Counted from the stretch's first letter, positions 14,183-23,752 are shown. The stretch: DNA of 46,806 bases from Syntrophaceae bacterium PtaB.Bin038 (GCA_002067855.1 MVQS01000086.1:1-46806), one strand, 5' to 3'. Program-made: numbers and translations. The notes: generated from the letters alone by a model not told the origin.

Positions 14183-17146
14183 ATGGGCCGATTCAAGAAA
14201 TGGGTTATAGGCGCCGCCGTCATCCTGTTCCTCTTCACGGTCATCGGGTTCTTCGTCGTGCCTTCCTACGTCAAGTCGTTCCTGCTGGACACCCTGTCGA
14301 AGCAGATCCATCGCAAGGTGATCCTCTCCGAGGTCGGCATGAACCCCTTCACGCTCACGCTGACCCTGAAGGGGGTCGAGATCAAGGAACCGTCAGGAGA
14401 CAAGACGTTCGTATCCCTCGCCGAATTGCTGGTGAACCTGGACGTCCGGTCGATTTTCAAGGGTGCGCCGGTCATCGAGGAACTCGCCGTGAGACAGCCC
14501 TACGTTCACCTCGTGCGCAACCCCGACAACACCTATAATTTTTCCGATCTCCTTGCGCTGATGAAGGAGGAACCGAAGGAGGAAAAGAAGGAGCCCCTGC
14601 TGTTCTCCATCAGCAACATCGTCATCGAGAACGGCCGGATCGAATTCGTCGATCAGCCGGTCAACACGACACACAACGTCCGAGAACTCCATCTGGGCAT
14701 TCCATTCATCTCGAACATCCCGGAGTATGTCGATTCGTACGTTCAGCCGAGATTCTCGGCGGTGATCAATGACGACCCGTACATCCTCGAGGGGAAGACG
14801 AAGATCTTCAAGGACACCCGCGAGACGATCTTCAACATCCTCATCGAGGACCTCGACCTGCCCTTCTATTTGGCCTACGTCCCGCACGAGATGAACATCG
14901 CAATCCCCTCCGGGAAGCTCGACGTGCAGTCGACGATCACCTTCGCCATGACGCAGGAAAAGACGCCCGCGGTGGTCGTTGCCGGCAACGTCGCGCTGAG
15001 GGACTTCGTGCTGCAGGACAGGAAAAAGAACCCCGTGGCCGGTCTCAAGCGGCTCGACGTGGTCATGACGGCCCTGGAACCGCTCCAGTCGAAATTCCAC
15101 TTCGCGAAGATCGCCCTGGAGTCCCCGGAGCTGAATGTCCGCAGGGGCAAGGACGGCGTGATCAATCTGACGACCCTGACGGAGAGAAAGAAGGGGGAAG
15201 GCAAGCCCGCGACCGGGCCCGAGACGAAGCCTGCATCCGATCCGGAGGCGTTGCCGACCCTGATCCTGGACGAGTTCGACCTCAAGGGCGGCAAGATCGC
15301 ATACCGCGACGACGTGCCGGCGGAACCGGTCAACTCCCTGATCCAGGACCTGTCGATCAAGGGGGAAAACATTTCCACGCTGAAGGACAGCCGGGGAAAG
15401 CTGTCGCTCTCGATGGATCTCAACAGGGGGAAGGGCGCCGTTGCCGTCAGCGGCCCCGTCGGCCTCAACCCGCTGTCCGCCGACCTGGATGTGGATCTCA
15501 AGAGGGTCCGGATCCGCCCCTTCCAGGAGTACTTTACCGACAAATTCCGCGTGAACTTCACCGACGGGGACATCTCCGCCAAGGGGACCCTGTCGGCAAG
15601 CAAGCCCCCCGAGAAGGACGTGACCGTGAAGTACGACGGCAACGTGCTTCTGGGACGCGTTGCGACGGTGGACAAGATCAACGGGGACGATTTTTTGAAA
15701 TTCAAGTCGCTGTTCGTCAACAGCGTCTCCGCCGGCTACAATCCCCTGTTCGTGCGGATCAAGGACATCGCGCTCGCCGACTTCTTCGCCCGCATCATCG
15801 TCAACGAAGACGGCACCCTGAACGTGAAGAACGTGGCCAGGCCGGAGGCCGCCGGGGGGGAGGAAGCCGGCGAGGAGGAACCGGCGAAGCCGGAAGAGAC
15901 GGAAGAGGCCGGCCCCGGGGAAAAGAAGGAGTACCTGGGCGACATCCTTGCCAGAAACATCGAGATCAACCGCATCACGCTGCAGAACGGCACCCTCGTA
16001 TTCGACGACCGCAAGATCAAGCCCGGCTTCTCGTCGACGCTCACGGAACTCACGGGGAGGGTGACGGGAGTGACATCGATCACGAAGAAGCCGGCCGATG
16101 TGGACGTCCGCGGGAAGATCGGGCGGCATATCCCCGTGGAAATCGCCGGGAAGGTCCACCCGTTCAGGGAAAACCTCTTCGTGGACCTCAAGGCTTCGCT
16201 GCGGGATTTCAACCTGAGCCCCCTCACCCCCTACTCGGGGACCTACGCGGGATACAAGATCGAAAAGGGCTCCCTCTCCTTCGACCTCAAGTACCTGATC
16301 TCCGACATGAAGCTGGACGCGGAAAACAAGGTCGTCATCGACCAGCTCACGCTGGGGGACCGCGTGGAGAGCCCCCAGGCCACGAAGCTCCCCGTGGGGC
16401 TGGCCGTCACGCTCCTGCGCGACGCCGACGGCAAGATCAACCTCGACATCCCCGTGACGGGCCGCCTCGACGACCCGGAGTTCAGCGTCTGGAGAATCGT
16501 TCTGCAGATCATCGTCAACCTGCTGACCAAGGTCGCCACGGCGCCCTTCGCCCTGCTGGGGTCCCTGTTCGGCGGCGGCGAGGAGCTGAGCTACATCGAG
16601 TTCGAACCGGGCACGGCGGCACTGTCCGAGCCGAACATGAAGAAGATCGAAACGCTCACGAAGGCCCTGAGGGCGAAGCCGGCCCTCAAGCTGGACATCG
16701 TGGGCGGCGTGGACCTCGAGCGGGACCGCGAAGGGCTCATCCGGGCCCAGTTCGAGAGGAAGCTGAAGGCCCAGAAGCTCAACGACCTGGTGAGGAAGGG
16801 GGAAAAAGTGGAGTCTGTCGACTCCGTCGCGATCGACAAGCAGGAATACGACCGTTACCTCAAGAGAGCCTACAGCGCCGAGAAGTTCCCCAAGCCGCGG
16901 AACCTCGTCGGGATGGAAAAGAGCCTGCCCAACGAGGAGATGGAAAAACTCATGCTGACCCACATCACGGTCGGGGAGAGTGACCTGCGGCTCCTGGCCA
17001 TGAAGCGGGCCGAGGCGGTCTCGGAGGCGCTGCGGGAAAAAGGGGAGTTCGAGCCGGGGAGGATCTTCGTCCTCGAGCCGAAGGCGCTGGAGCCCGAGCC
17101 GAAAAAGGACGTGAGGAAGAGCCGGGTCGACTTCCGGCTGAAGTGA
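14183..17146 (+). CDS. large N-terminally anchored envelope protein, DUF748 / AsmA-like family (987 aa)
   Basis: I set the start at ATG 14183 (MGRFKKWVIGAAVILFLFTVIGFFVVPSYVK...) with a GGAGAG SD. There is a single N-terminal TM followed by a long beta-rich region. An acidic low-complexity linker (EEAGEEEPAKPEETEEAG) is present. The first 304 codons of ORF 13271..17146 run antisense through the desulforedoxin gene and are rejected. Confidence 0.75.
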   Translation: MGRFKKWVIGAAVILFLFTVIGFFVVPSYVKSFLLDTLSKQIHRKVILSEVGMNPFTLTLTLKGVEIKEPSGDKTFVSLAELLVNLDVRSIFKGAPVIEELAVRQPYVHLVRNPDNTYNFSDLLALMKEEPKEEKKEPLLFSISNIVIENGRIEFVDQPVNTTHNVRELHLGIPFISNIPEYVDSYVQPRFSAVINDDPYILEGKTKIFKDTRETIFNILIEDLDLPFYLAYVPHEMNIAIPSGKLDVQSTITFAMTQEKTPAVVVAGNVALRDFVLQDRKKNPVAGLKRLDVVMTALEPLQSKFHFAKIALESPELNVRRGKDGVINLTTLTERKKGEGKPATGPETKPASDPEALPTLILDEFDLKGGKIAYRDDVPAEPVNSLIQDLSIKGENISTLKDSRGKLSLSMDLNRGKGAVAVSGPVGLNPLSADLDVDLKRVRIRPFQEYFTDKFRVNFTDGDISAKGTLSASKPPEKDVTVKYDGNVLLGRVATVDKINGDDFLKFKSLFVNSVSAGYNPLFVRIKDIALADFFARIIVNEDGTLNVKNVARPEAAGGEEAGEEEPAKPEETEEAGPGEKKEYLGDILARNIEINRITLQNGTLVFDDRKIKPGFSSTLTELTGRVTGVTSITKKPADVDVRGKIGRHIPVEIAGKVHPFRENLFVDLKASLRDFNLSPLTPYSGTYAGYKIEKGSLSFDLKYLISDMKLDAENKVVIDQLTLGDRVESPQATKLPVGLAVTLLRDADGKINLDIPVTGRLDDPEFSVWRIVLQIIVNLLTKVATAPFALLGSLFGGGEELSYIEFEPGTAALSEPNMKKIETLTKALRAKPALKLDIVGGVDLERDREGLIRAQFERKLKAQKLNDLVRKGEKVESVDSVAIDKQEYDRYLKRAYSAEKFPKPRNLVGMEKSLPNEEMEKLMLTHITVGESDLRLLAMKRAEAVSEALREKGEFEPGRIFVLEPKALEPEPKKDVRKSRVDFRLK

Positions 17147-17168
17147 GGGCAGCCTTCAAAGACGCCGG

Positions 17169-17573
17169 TTACGTCTCCTCGGCGGCTTTCTGCTGCGCCC
17201 GCCGGGCGCGAAGATAGATGACGACGCCGAACAGGAGGAACAGGCCGCCCATGATGAGCTGTTTGATCTCGTCCCCCTCTATCTTGCCCTCGAGGATCTT
17301 CATCACGGCGGTGACGATGGTGACCAGGCCGTAGAAAAGGAACAGGAGCGCCGTGAAGGACCCCACCCCGCCGAGTTTCCCCACGGGGAGGCTCACGCGA
17401 GGCTTCTCCTCCGCTTCGTCCCGTGCGGGCGTCCGAGTGGGCTCGGCCCGCCGGGCCCTTCCTTGGGCTTCCTTGTCCTGGCCCGCCAGGTACCAGAGGA
17501 TCTTGTCCCGTTCCTCGGACGTCTTGGCCGTCTTGAGCCTGTTGATGAGTTTCAGCCTCTCCCGCTCGTCCAT
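17169..17573 (-). CDS. hypothetical membrane protein (charged N-terminal half, two C-terminal TM helices)
   Basis: 134 aa. Hydrophobic segments are GGVGSFTALLFLFYGLVTIVTAVM and LIMGGLFLLFGVVIYL. I recognise no family. Confidence 0.55.
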   Translation of the reverse strand: MDERERLKLINRLKTAKTSEERDKILWYLAGQDKEAQGRARRAEPTRTPARDEAEEKPRVSLPVGKLGGVGSFTALLFLFYGLVTIVTAVMKILEGKIEGDEIKQLIMGGLFLLFGVVIYLRARRAQQKAAEET

Positions 17574-17742
17574 ATCAGTGCCCCGGCTGCCTGTCCTCTT
17601 GAATGCCTGCCTGTGTCTTCCTTCTACACCATTGCGGGCAGGAAGGCAATCATGCGGTCAGGCATAAAGGGTCTCGGGCATCACTTCTCAGCTTCCCGAC
17701 TTCTCGGCTTCCTCTTCTCCCGGCCCCTGGAGCCTGTACCCC

Positions 17743-19311
17743 TTACTTTCTTTTATACCCGTACCTCGCCTCGAAGATCGGCGCCGTCAGGTTGTCCACG
17801 GGGACGCAGTCGTCCGTGAGGACCACCGAGGGGCGATCCCTCAGAATTTCCTGCAGTTTCTCCTGGGGAACGAGGTGGGCGGTCATCTTGCGGCCTGTTC
17901 TCGCGGCGGTTGCGCGCGCGAAGTCTTCCATGTCCCACGTCCGTGGACTCGCCACGACCACGCAGGTGGCGATCCCGACCCTTCGCAGCTCCGGCGCCAG
18001 GACGAGGAGGTTGACGTTGCCCTTCCCGAACACGTCCTCGAGGGTTCGGATGTAGGACGGCAGGAAGAGCCCCTCGGTGACGCTGTCGATCAGGTTCGCG
18101 ATGAGAAACCCGTCGGGCTTGAGGAGCGCCTTCATCTGCTGGGCGAACTCCCGGGTCGTGAGGTGGTAAGGGATGGAGAGGTCGTTGAAGGCATCGCCGA
18201 AGATGAAGTCGTAGCGGCCCCGGTCCCGGGAGTTCATGACGAACCAGCGGCCGTCCTCGTTGAAGGAGCGGATCGAGGTGGTGCGGGGCAGGCCCAGGCA
18301 TTCGTGGACCACGCGTGTCACCTCCGGGTCGATCTCGACCACGTCGATTCGCGCGCCGGGGTATTGCGCCTCCATGCAACGCGGAAACGTGTATCCCCCT
18401 CCCCCGATGAAGAGTGCGTCGACGGAAGTGCGCGACTCCATCTGCCAGCTGACCAGTTCCTCGTAGATGCGGATGTAGTCATAGTCGAGAAACGTCGGGT
18501 CGTTGACGTCGTTGATGGAGTGGATCAGGTTGTCCAGGATGAGGGCATCCCCCTCGACCGCCCCTCCCTTGATGGGGTACTTCATCAGCTTGATGGTGAA
18601 GTAATCGCTCTCCTTGTAATAGTAGACCTTCCCGTCCAGCAGCGGCCTGTAGGCGTAGCCGAACACCGTAAAGAGGAAAACGCTGACGGAGACGACGGCC
18701 GCCGCGGAGATGACCGCTGCCCTGCGTTTCAAGAACCCGCCCCCGAACACGAAGGCCGACACGATCAGGATGCCTCCCATCGTAAGCAGGATGCTGCGGG
18801 TCCCCATCCAGGAAATCAAGAAGAACCCCGTGGCGAAGGTCCCGATGATGGATCCCAGTGTGGAGAAGGCGTAGATCTTCCCCACGATGTTCCCCGTGCG
18901 GCTCAGGTTGTCCAGCGTGAGCTTCACGACGACGGGCGAGATCATCCCCAGCAGTGTCGAGGGTAGGAAGAAGATGGCCGTGGTGAGCAGCAGGATCCTC
19001 AGCATCAGGGTCGTCCGCAGGGGCGCCGCGCCGATCAGGTCCGTAAGCGGCGCGATGGTCAGGGCGCCGAGCCCGGAGAGGAAAAGCAGCCAGCCCAGCG
19101 TGGCCGGTCGGGGATAGCGGTCCGCCAGCATGCCCCCGACCCATGCCCCGATGCTGATGCCCGCGAGAACGACCCCGATGATGCTTGTCCAGGTGTACAG
19201 GGACACGCCCACGTAAGGAGCCATGATGCGCCCCGCCACGAGCTCGATGACGAGCGTGCAGAAGCTCGCGATGAACACGACGATATTCGCCTTGACGACC
19301 ACGGGATTCAT
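17743..19311 (-). CDS. fused membrane (MFS-like, ~7 TM) / spermidine-synthase-like methyltransferase-fold protein
   Basis: The N-terminal ~200 aa are polytopic. The C-terminal part, ALFIGGGGYTFPRCMEAQYPGARIDVVEIDPEVTRV...FIFGDAFNDLSIPYHLTTREF, has the spermidine synthase fold. I prefer ATG 19311 as the start (MNPVVVKANIVVF...). ATG 19347 is the alternative. Confidence 0.8.
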   Translation of the reverse strand: MNPVVVKANIVVFIASFCTLVIELVAGRIMAPYVGVSLYTWTSIIGVVLAGISIGAWVGGMLADRYPRPATLGWLLFLSGLGALTIAPLTDLIGAAPLRTTLMLRILLLTTAIFFLPSTLLGMISPVVVKLTLDNLSRTGNIVGKIYAFSTLGSIIGTFATGFFLISWMGTRSILLTMGGILIVSAFVFGGGFLKRRAAVISAAAVVSVSVFLFTVFGYAYRPLLDGKVYYYKESDYFTIKLMKYPIKGGAVEGDALILDNLIHSINDVNDPTFLDYDYIRIYEELVSWQMESRTSVDALFIGGGGYTFPRCMEAQYPGARIDVVEIDPEVTRVVHECLGLPRTTSIRSFNEDGRWFVMNSRDRGRYDFIFGDAFNDLSIPYHLTTREFAQQMKALLKPDGFLIANLIDSVTEGLFLPSYIRTLEDVFGKGNVNLLVLAPELRRVGIATCVVVASPRTWDMEDFARATAARTGRKMTAHLVPQEKLQEILRDRPSVVLTDDCVPVDNLTAPIFEARYGYKRK

Positions 19312-19408
19312 GGGCACCTCATGAAATTGGCCGAAGGCTTGGGGCATAAGGCTGCGGCATAGAATTCTCCTTTTTCCCCCTTTGCCATACGCCCTGTGCC
19401 GTGAGCCG

Positions 19409-19834
<426 letters not shown>

Positions 19835-19885
19835 TTAGAGGGAACAGCAGGGGATTTCCCGTACCCTGTACCTGCCCCCCGCGCC

Positions 19886-19914
19886 TTGACTCTCAATCCG
19901 TCCTGTGACATGGT
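19886..19914 (+). promoter_or_regulatory. possible promoter for a leaderless dciA transcript (TTGACT-N17-CATGGT)
   Basis: The -10-like hexamer ends at 19914 and the ATG is at 19921 (+7). There is no SD upstream of that ATG. Confidence 0.3.
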
Positions 19915-19920
19915 TTCGGC

Positions 19921-20409
19921 ATGAGACGGCGAAAGGGGTCATCGGCACCCAGGCTTCTCGGGGACATCCTCCCCGAAACCCTGCGAAAGAAATCCATCCG
20001 CCTTCCCATGAAGGACCGTCCGCTGATCGAGGCCTGGAACCGGGCCGTGGGGCTCCAGATCGGCGCGAGGGCCCAGCCTGACAGGCTGCGCGACGGCGTG
20101 CTCTACGTGCGCGTGTGCACATCCGTCTGGATGCACGAACTGCAGTTCATGAAGCAGGACATCATCGCCAGGCTCAACGAGGTCCTGGGGTCGCCGTCGG
20201 TTTCACAGGTCCGGTTCTTCATCGGCGAAATCGGTGCCCCGCCTCCGAAGCCCGACGCACCGGGCATGTCCATCGACGCCGCAGCCCTGAAGGCGGACGA
20301 AAAGGCCTACATCGACAACACCCTCGCAGGCATTACGGACCCCGAGCTGAGGGAGATCCTGCTGCGGACGATGTCGCGGTCTATCCTGCGGGGGCGGAAA
20401 CCCCGCTGA
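19921..20409 (+). CDS. dciA: DciA-family (DUF721) protein, putative replicative-helicase operator
   Basis: 162 aa. The translation ...LGDILPETLRKK...IEAWNRAVGLQIGARAQPDRLRDGVLYVRVCTSVWMHELQFMKQDIIARLNEVLG...VRFFIGE shows the DUF721 pattern. Confidence 0.75.
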   Translation: MRRRKGSSAPRLLGDILPETLRKKSIRLPMKDRPLIEAWNRAVGLQIGARAQPDRLRDGVLYVRVCTSVWMHELQFMKQDIIARLNEVLGSPSVSQVRFFIGEIGAPPPKPDAPGMSIDAAALKADEKAYIDNTLAGITDPELREILLRTMSRSILRGRKPR

Positions 20410-21142
20410 GCAGACGTTCCAGTTCGTCCGAGTAACCGCCCTCTTCCCTGTATAGATACAGGGGAGGGAGGACGGACAATTCCTCCCCTCCCCCCTTCAC
20501 TCCTTCCGCAAGAACGAACTCGCCCCTTGACCCCGGTTTCGAATGAACCATGCGGAGCCGTTTCGGTTCGACCTTGAGCACCCTCATGCGGTGGATGGCT
20601 TCCACCATCCGCGAGCAGGGGTAAATGAGGCAGGCCCTCCCCGCGGGCTTCAAGGCATGGGAAGCGGCCCCGAGGAAATCGGCAACGGAACCTGCAATCT
20701 CGTGCCGTGCAAGGGCCTTCTGCTCCAGGGGGTTGACCCGCCCGGAGCCCATCTTCCGGTAGGGCGGGTTGAAGACCGCAACGTCCCAGGCCTGTGACTC
20801 GAGGAAGCCCGAAGCCTGCCGAAGGTCCCCCTGCAGAATTCTCACCCGGTCATCGAGATGATTCAGGGAAACACTGCGTCTCGCCATGTCGGCAAGCCCC
20901 CCCTGGATCTCCACCGCCGTGATTCGGATTCCGCGATGGCGGTACGCCAGCAGGAGGCTGATCACGGCGCTCCCCGCGCCGAGCTCGAGAACGCGGTCCG
21001 CGGCCTTCGGTTCGACGAAGCCGGCCAGCAGGACGGAATCGATCGTGTACCGGTATCCTCTCCGTTTCTGGATGATCTTCAGCCGCCCGCCGTAGAGGCT
21101 CTCTGTCGTTTCGTCATCTCGCAGAAGCGACTCTTCAGGCAT
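20381..21142 (-). CDS. SAM-dependent N6-adenine methyltransferase, TrmN6/YfiC-like (tRNA1-Val m6A37 type)
   Basis: I set the start at ATG 21142 (MPEESLLRDDE...). The SAM motif is VLELGAGSAVISL and the catalytic motif is NPPY (VFNPPYRK). The 3' end overlaps the convergent dciA gene by 29 nt. Confidence 0.8.
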   Translation of the reverse strand: MPEESLLRDDETTESLYGGRLKIIQKRRGYRYTIDSVLLAGFVEPKAADRVLELGAGSAVISLLLAYRHRGIRITAVEIQGGLADMARRSVSLNHLDDRVRILQGDLRQASGFLESQAWDVAVFNPPYRKMGSGRVNPLEQKALARHEIAGSVADFLGAASHALKPAGRACLIYPCSRMVEAIHRMRVLKVEPKRLRMVHSKPGSRGEFVLAEGVKGGGEELSVLPPLYLYREEGGYSDELERLLSGVSAPAG

Positions 21143-21240
21143 CGAATCCTGCCCTGCCTTCGTGACCGTGAGAGCGAAGGTCCAGGCAACAAGCATCGAG
21201 CAACGAGGGAAAGGGAATCTCTTCTTCAAGGGAAGTCCTT

Positions 21241-21340
21241 GCTGCTTGGACTTTGCTGCTTGCTGCCGCACTCAGCGTGGCGACGGACCGAGGATCGAGG
21301 CGCGAGGATTTCTTTTGTGTCCTCGGACCTCGTTCCTTTC
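21241..21340. repeat. heptad-word spacer: GCTGCTT GGACTTT GCTGCTT GCTGCCG, then GGACCGAGGATCGAGG CGCGAGGA ... TCCTCGGACCTCG (imperfect hairpin)
   Basis: Read from the sequence in the 199-nt gap between the DUF1015 stop and the methyltransferase start. The 16-mer at 21285-21300 is identical to 4875-4890. Confidence 0.7.
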
Positions 21341-21341
21341 C

Positions 21342-22583
21342 TTAGTCTATGAGGTGCACAAAAAGCCCGCTTCGCAGTTTCGGTTCGAACCACGTCGATT
21401 TCGGCGGCATGATCATCCCCGCATCGGCAATGCCGATGAGTTCCGAGATTCCCGGGGGGCACAGGGAAAACGCCACGGCATAGCCCTGCTCGTCGACCAT
21501 GCGCTCCAGCTCGTCCATCCCCCGGACGCCCCCGATGAACTTGATCCGCTCATCTGTGCGCGGGTCCCGAATTCCCAGGATCGGCCCCAGGAGGTGGTCC
21601 TGAAGGATCGATACGTCCAGCCTCCCGATGAGACCCGCCTTCTCGTAGAGTTCCGGCCTGGCGTCGAGGCGATACCACGTGCCGCCGATGTACATCCCGA
21701 ACCGGTGGGGTCTGGACGGCGAACGCTCCGGGAAGCCCCGGGAGAGGACGAACGCTTCCCCGACCTTTTCGATGAACGCTTCGGGGGTCATCCCCTGCAG
21801 GTCCCTCACGGCCCGGTTGTAGTCCATGATCCGGAGCTGTTCGTGGGGGAACAGGGTGGCCGCGAAATAGTTGTACTCCTCCGTGCCGTTGTGCGCCGGG
21901 TTCCTCCCCCGCCGCATGCGGGCCACCGAGGATGCCGATGCCGCCCGGTGATGGCCGTCGGCGATGTAGAGGCACTCCACCTTCGAAAACTCCCGTTCCA
22001 GCGCCTCGATGACGGCGCCGTCGCCGACGACCCAAGCGGTGTGGGACACGCCGTCCGCCGTCGTGAAATCGTACTCGGGGACTCCCCGGATGACGGCCGA
22101 CACGATCCGGTCGATCTCCTCCCTGGAGCGGTAGAGAAGGAAGACCAGCCCCGTCTGGGCGCCCGTCGCGTCGATGTGGTTCACCCTCTCGTTTTCCTTG
22201 TCCACCCTCGTCAGCTCGTGCTTCTTGATGAGCCCCGATTCGTACTCGGCGACACTGACGCACCCCACCAGGCCGTACTGCTCCCTCCCGGCATCCTTCT
22301 GCCTGTATACGTAGAAGCAGGGCCGGTCCTCCTGGAACAGGACGCCGTCTCGGATTAAGTTCTGCAGGTTCTCGCGGGCCCGCGCAAAGACGCGGGGGTC
22401 GTCGTCGGGGATCTCGTTCGGGACGTCGACCTCGGACTTCTCCACTCGCAGGAAATTGAGGGGATTGTCCCGGACGATCGCCCGCCCCTCCTCCCTGTCG
22501 AGCACATCATAGGGAAACGAGGCGACCTCCCGGGCGAATTCCTTTTTCGGCCTCACGGCCCTGAACGGCTTGACGAGCGCCAT
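21342..22583 (-). CDS. DUF1015-family protein
   Basis: I set the start at ATG 22583 (MALVKPFRAVRPKKEFAREVASFPYDVLDREEGR...) with a GGAGG SD. This N-terminus is characteristic of DUF1015. The protein is 413 aa. Confidence 0.8.
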   Translation of the reverse strand: MALVKPFRAVRPKKEFAREVASFPYDVLDREEGRAIVRDNPLNFLRVEKSEVDVPNEIPDDDPRVFARARENLQNLIRDGVLFQEDRPCFYVYRQKDAGREQYGLVGCVSVAEYESGLIKKHELTRVDKENERVNHIDATGAQTGLVFLLYRSREEIDRIVSAVIRGVPEYDFTTADGVSHTAWVVGDGAVIEALEREFSKVECLYIADGHHRAASASSVARMRRGRNPAHNGTEEYNYFAATLFPHEQLRIMDYNRAVRDLQGMTPEAFIEKVGEAFVLSRGFPERSPSRPHRFGMYIGGTWYRLDARPELYEKAGLIGRLDVSILQDHLLGPILGIRDPRTDERIKFIGGVRGMDELERMVDEQGYAVAFSLCPPGISELIGIADAGMIMPPKSTWFEPKLRSGLFVHLID

Positions 22584-22717
22584 AAAAACCTCCGCAAGGC
22601 GATTGTTTAGCACAAGCCCTGACGCAAAGCAATGAGCGGCGATTGCTTTCGACGCCAAGACCGACCAGGGCGGCATGGATCGGGGGGCAGGCAACGGGAA
22701 GAACCGGTTGCCCGTGC

Positions 22718-22746
22718 TTGAAAAATAACCGATCAGCGGATATATA
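22718..22746 (+). promoter_or_regulatory. sigma70-like promoter (TTGAAA-N17-TATATA)
   Basis: It lies 31 nt upstream of ATG 22777, which has a GGGGAGG SD. Confidence 0.45.
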
Positions 22747-22776
22747 GCCCTATCACTCCGAGCGGGGAGGCATGCG

Positions 22777-23250
22777 ATGGGGATGACGCGGGTGTTCATT
22801 CACGGTCTCGAGAGCAGCAGCCGGGGGACGAAGGGGCTCTTTTTCCGCGAGCGCTACCCGGACATGATCATCGAGGACTTCGGCGGTCCGCTGGAGGAAC
22901 GGATGAAAAAGCTCAACGGCCTGCTCGAGCGAAAGAAGGACCTCGTCCTGGTGGGTTCGAGCTTCGGAGGCCTTATGGCGGCCATCTATGCCTGCGAGAA
23001 CGAGTCCCGGATCCGGAAGGTCATCCTGCTCGCGCCGGCCCTTCACGTGCCGGACTTTTCTCGATACCTCGACAGGAGGGTGAAGATCCCCGCCCTGCTC
23101 GTTCACGGGAAGAACGACGACGTCGTGCCGCCGGCCGTCGTGAAGGCCATCGCCGAAAGGGTCTTCGAAAACCTCGAATACCGGCTCGTCGACGACGATC
23201 ACTCGCTGCACGTATCGTTTCCCCTGATGAACTGGAAGGCGCTTCTGTGA
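22777..23250 (+). CDS. small alpha/beta-fold esterase (YqiA/UPF0227-like)
   Basis: 157 aa. FIHGLESS..., the nucleophile elbow GSSFGG, then HGKNDDVVP and a C-terminal DDDHSL. Confidence 0.7.
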   Translation: MGMTRVFIHGLESSSRGTKGLFFRERYPDMIIEDFGGPLEERMKKLNGLLERKKDLVLVGSSFGGLMAAIYACENESRIRKVILLAPALHVPDFSRYLDRRVKIPALLVHGKNDDVVPPAVVKAIAERVFENLEYRLVDDDHSLHVSFPLMNWKALL

Positions 23251-23278
23251 CGTCCCGTCGCCCCCGGGGAGAAGCTCC

Positions 23279-23307
23279 TTGACAAACCCGGGGGGATCCC
23301 TTACGTT
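23279..23307 (+). promoter_or_regulatory. sigma70-like promoter (TTGACA-N17-TACGTT)
   Basis: TTGACA at 23279-23284 and TACGTT at 23302-23307, 26 nt upstream of ATG 23333. Confidence 0.45.
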
Positions 23308-23332
23308 GGGTCAAACGCGCAGGAACAGGACC

Positions 23333-23752
23333 ATGTCAGCAACGGTTACGAAAAAGGTCATCATTCGGTACAGTGCGGACAACGTCGATCAGCCGATCGC
23401 GTGCCACCTTGCCAAGAAGTACGATCTGGACTTCAACATCCTGAAGGCAAGAATATTCCCCCGTCGTGAGGGGGTCATGGTCCTCGAGCTCAGCGGGACG
23501 AAGGAGAACTTCGATGCCGGGATCCGGTTCATGAAAGAGAAGGGGCTCCGGGTGGAACCCCTTTCGAAAAGCGTGACCCAGAATACGGACAGGTGCGTTC
23601 ACTGCGGGGCCTGTGTCGCCTTCTGCCCCACCGAGGCCCTCCACATGGACCCCGCCACCTCGAAAATCATCTTCGACCCCGAGCGCTGCAACGGGTGCGA
23701 GTTTTGCGTAACCGCCTGTCCCGCGCGGGCGATGTCCATCGATCTGTTCTAG
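23333..23752 (+). CDS. NIL-domain protein fused to a 2x[4Fe-4S] ferredoxin domain
   Basis: I set the start at ATG 23333 (MSATVTKKVIIRYSADNVDQPIACHLAKKYDLDFNILKARI...), which is the NIL domain. Two CxxCxxCxxxCP motifs follow (CVHCGACVAFCP and CNGCEFCVTACP). Confidence 0.8.
   Translation: MSATVTKKVIIRYSADNVDQPIACHLAKKYDLDFNILKARIFPRREGVMVLELSGTKENFDAGIRFMKEKGLRVEPLSKSVTQNTDRCVHCGACVAFCPTEALHMDPATSKIIFDPERCNGCEFCVTACPARAMSIDLF

Noticed and set aside
13832-14311. 159-aa minus-strand ORF, including a possible 65-aa product MRNVCRGVGDADESAGSALQ...
   Set aside because: No SD lies at a sensible distance from any in-frame start. Its 3' end overlaps the promoter-like TTGAAA-N17-TAGACA and the leader of the desulforedoxin gene. 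It has no recognisable motif. GC3 is fairly high in part of it, so it is not excluded, only unsupported.
14393-16963. 856-aa ORF on the minus strand
   Set aside because: It is antisense to the DUF748 gene and has no SD or recognisable motifs. Its composition (R/G/V/D/L with many runs) matches the complementary-strand image of a GC3-rich gene.
19322-19360. 13-codon upstream ORF (MPQPYAPSLRPIS) with an AAAGGAGAA SD ahead of the spermidine-synthase fusion gene
   Set aside because: It is too short and unconserved to call from sequence alone. It may simply reflect an SD serving one of the two candidate starts of the main gene.
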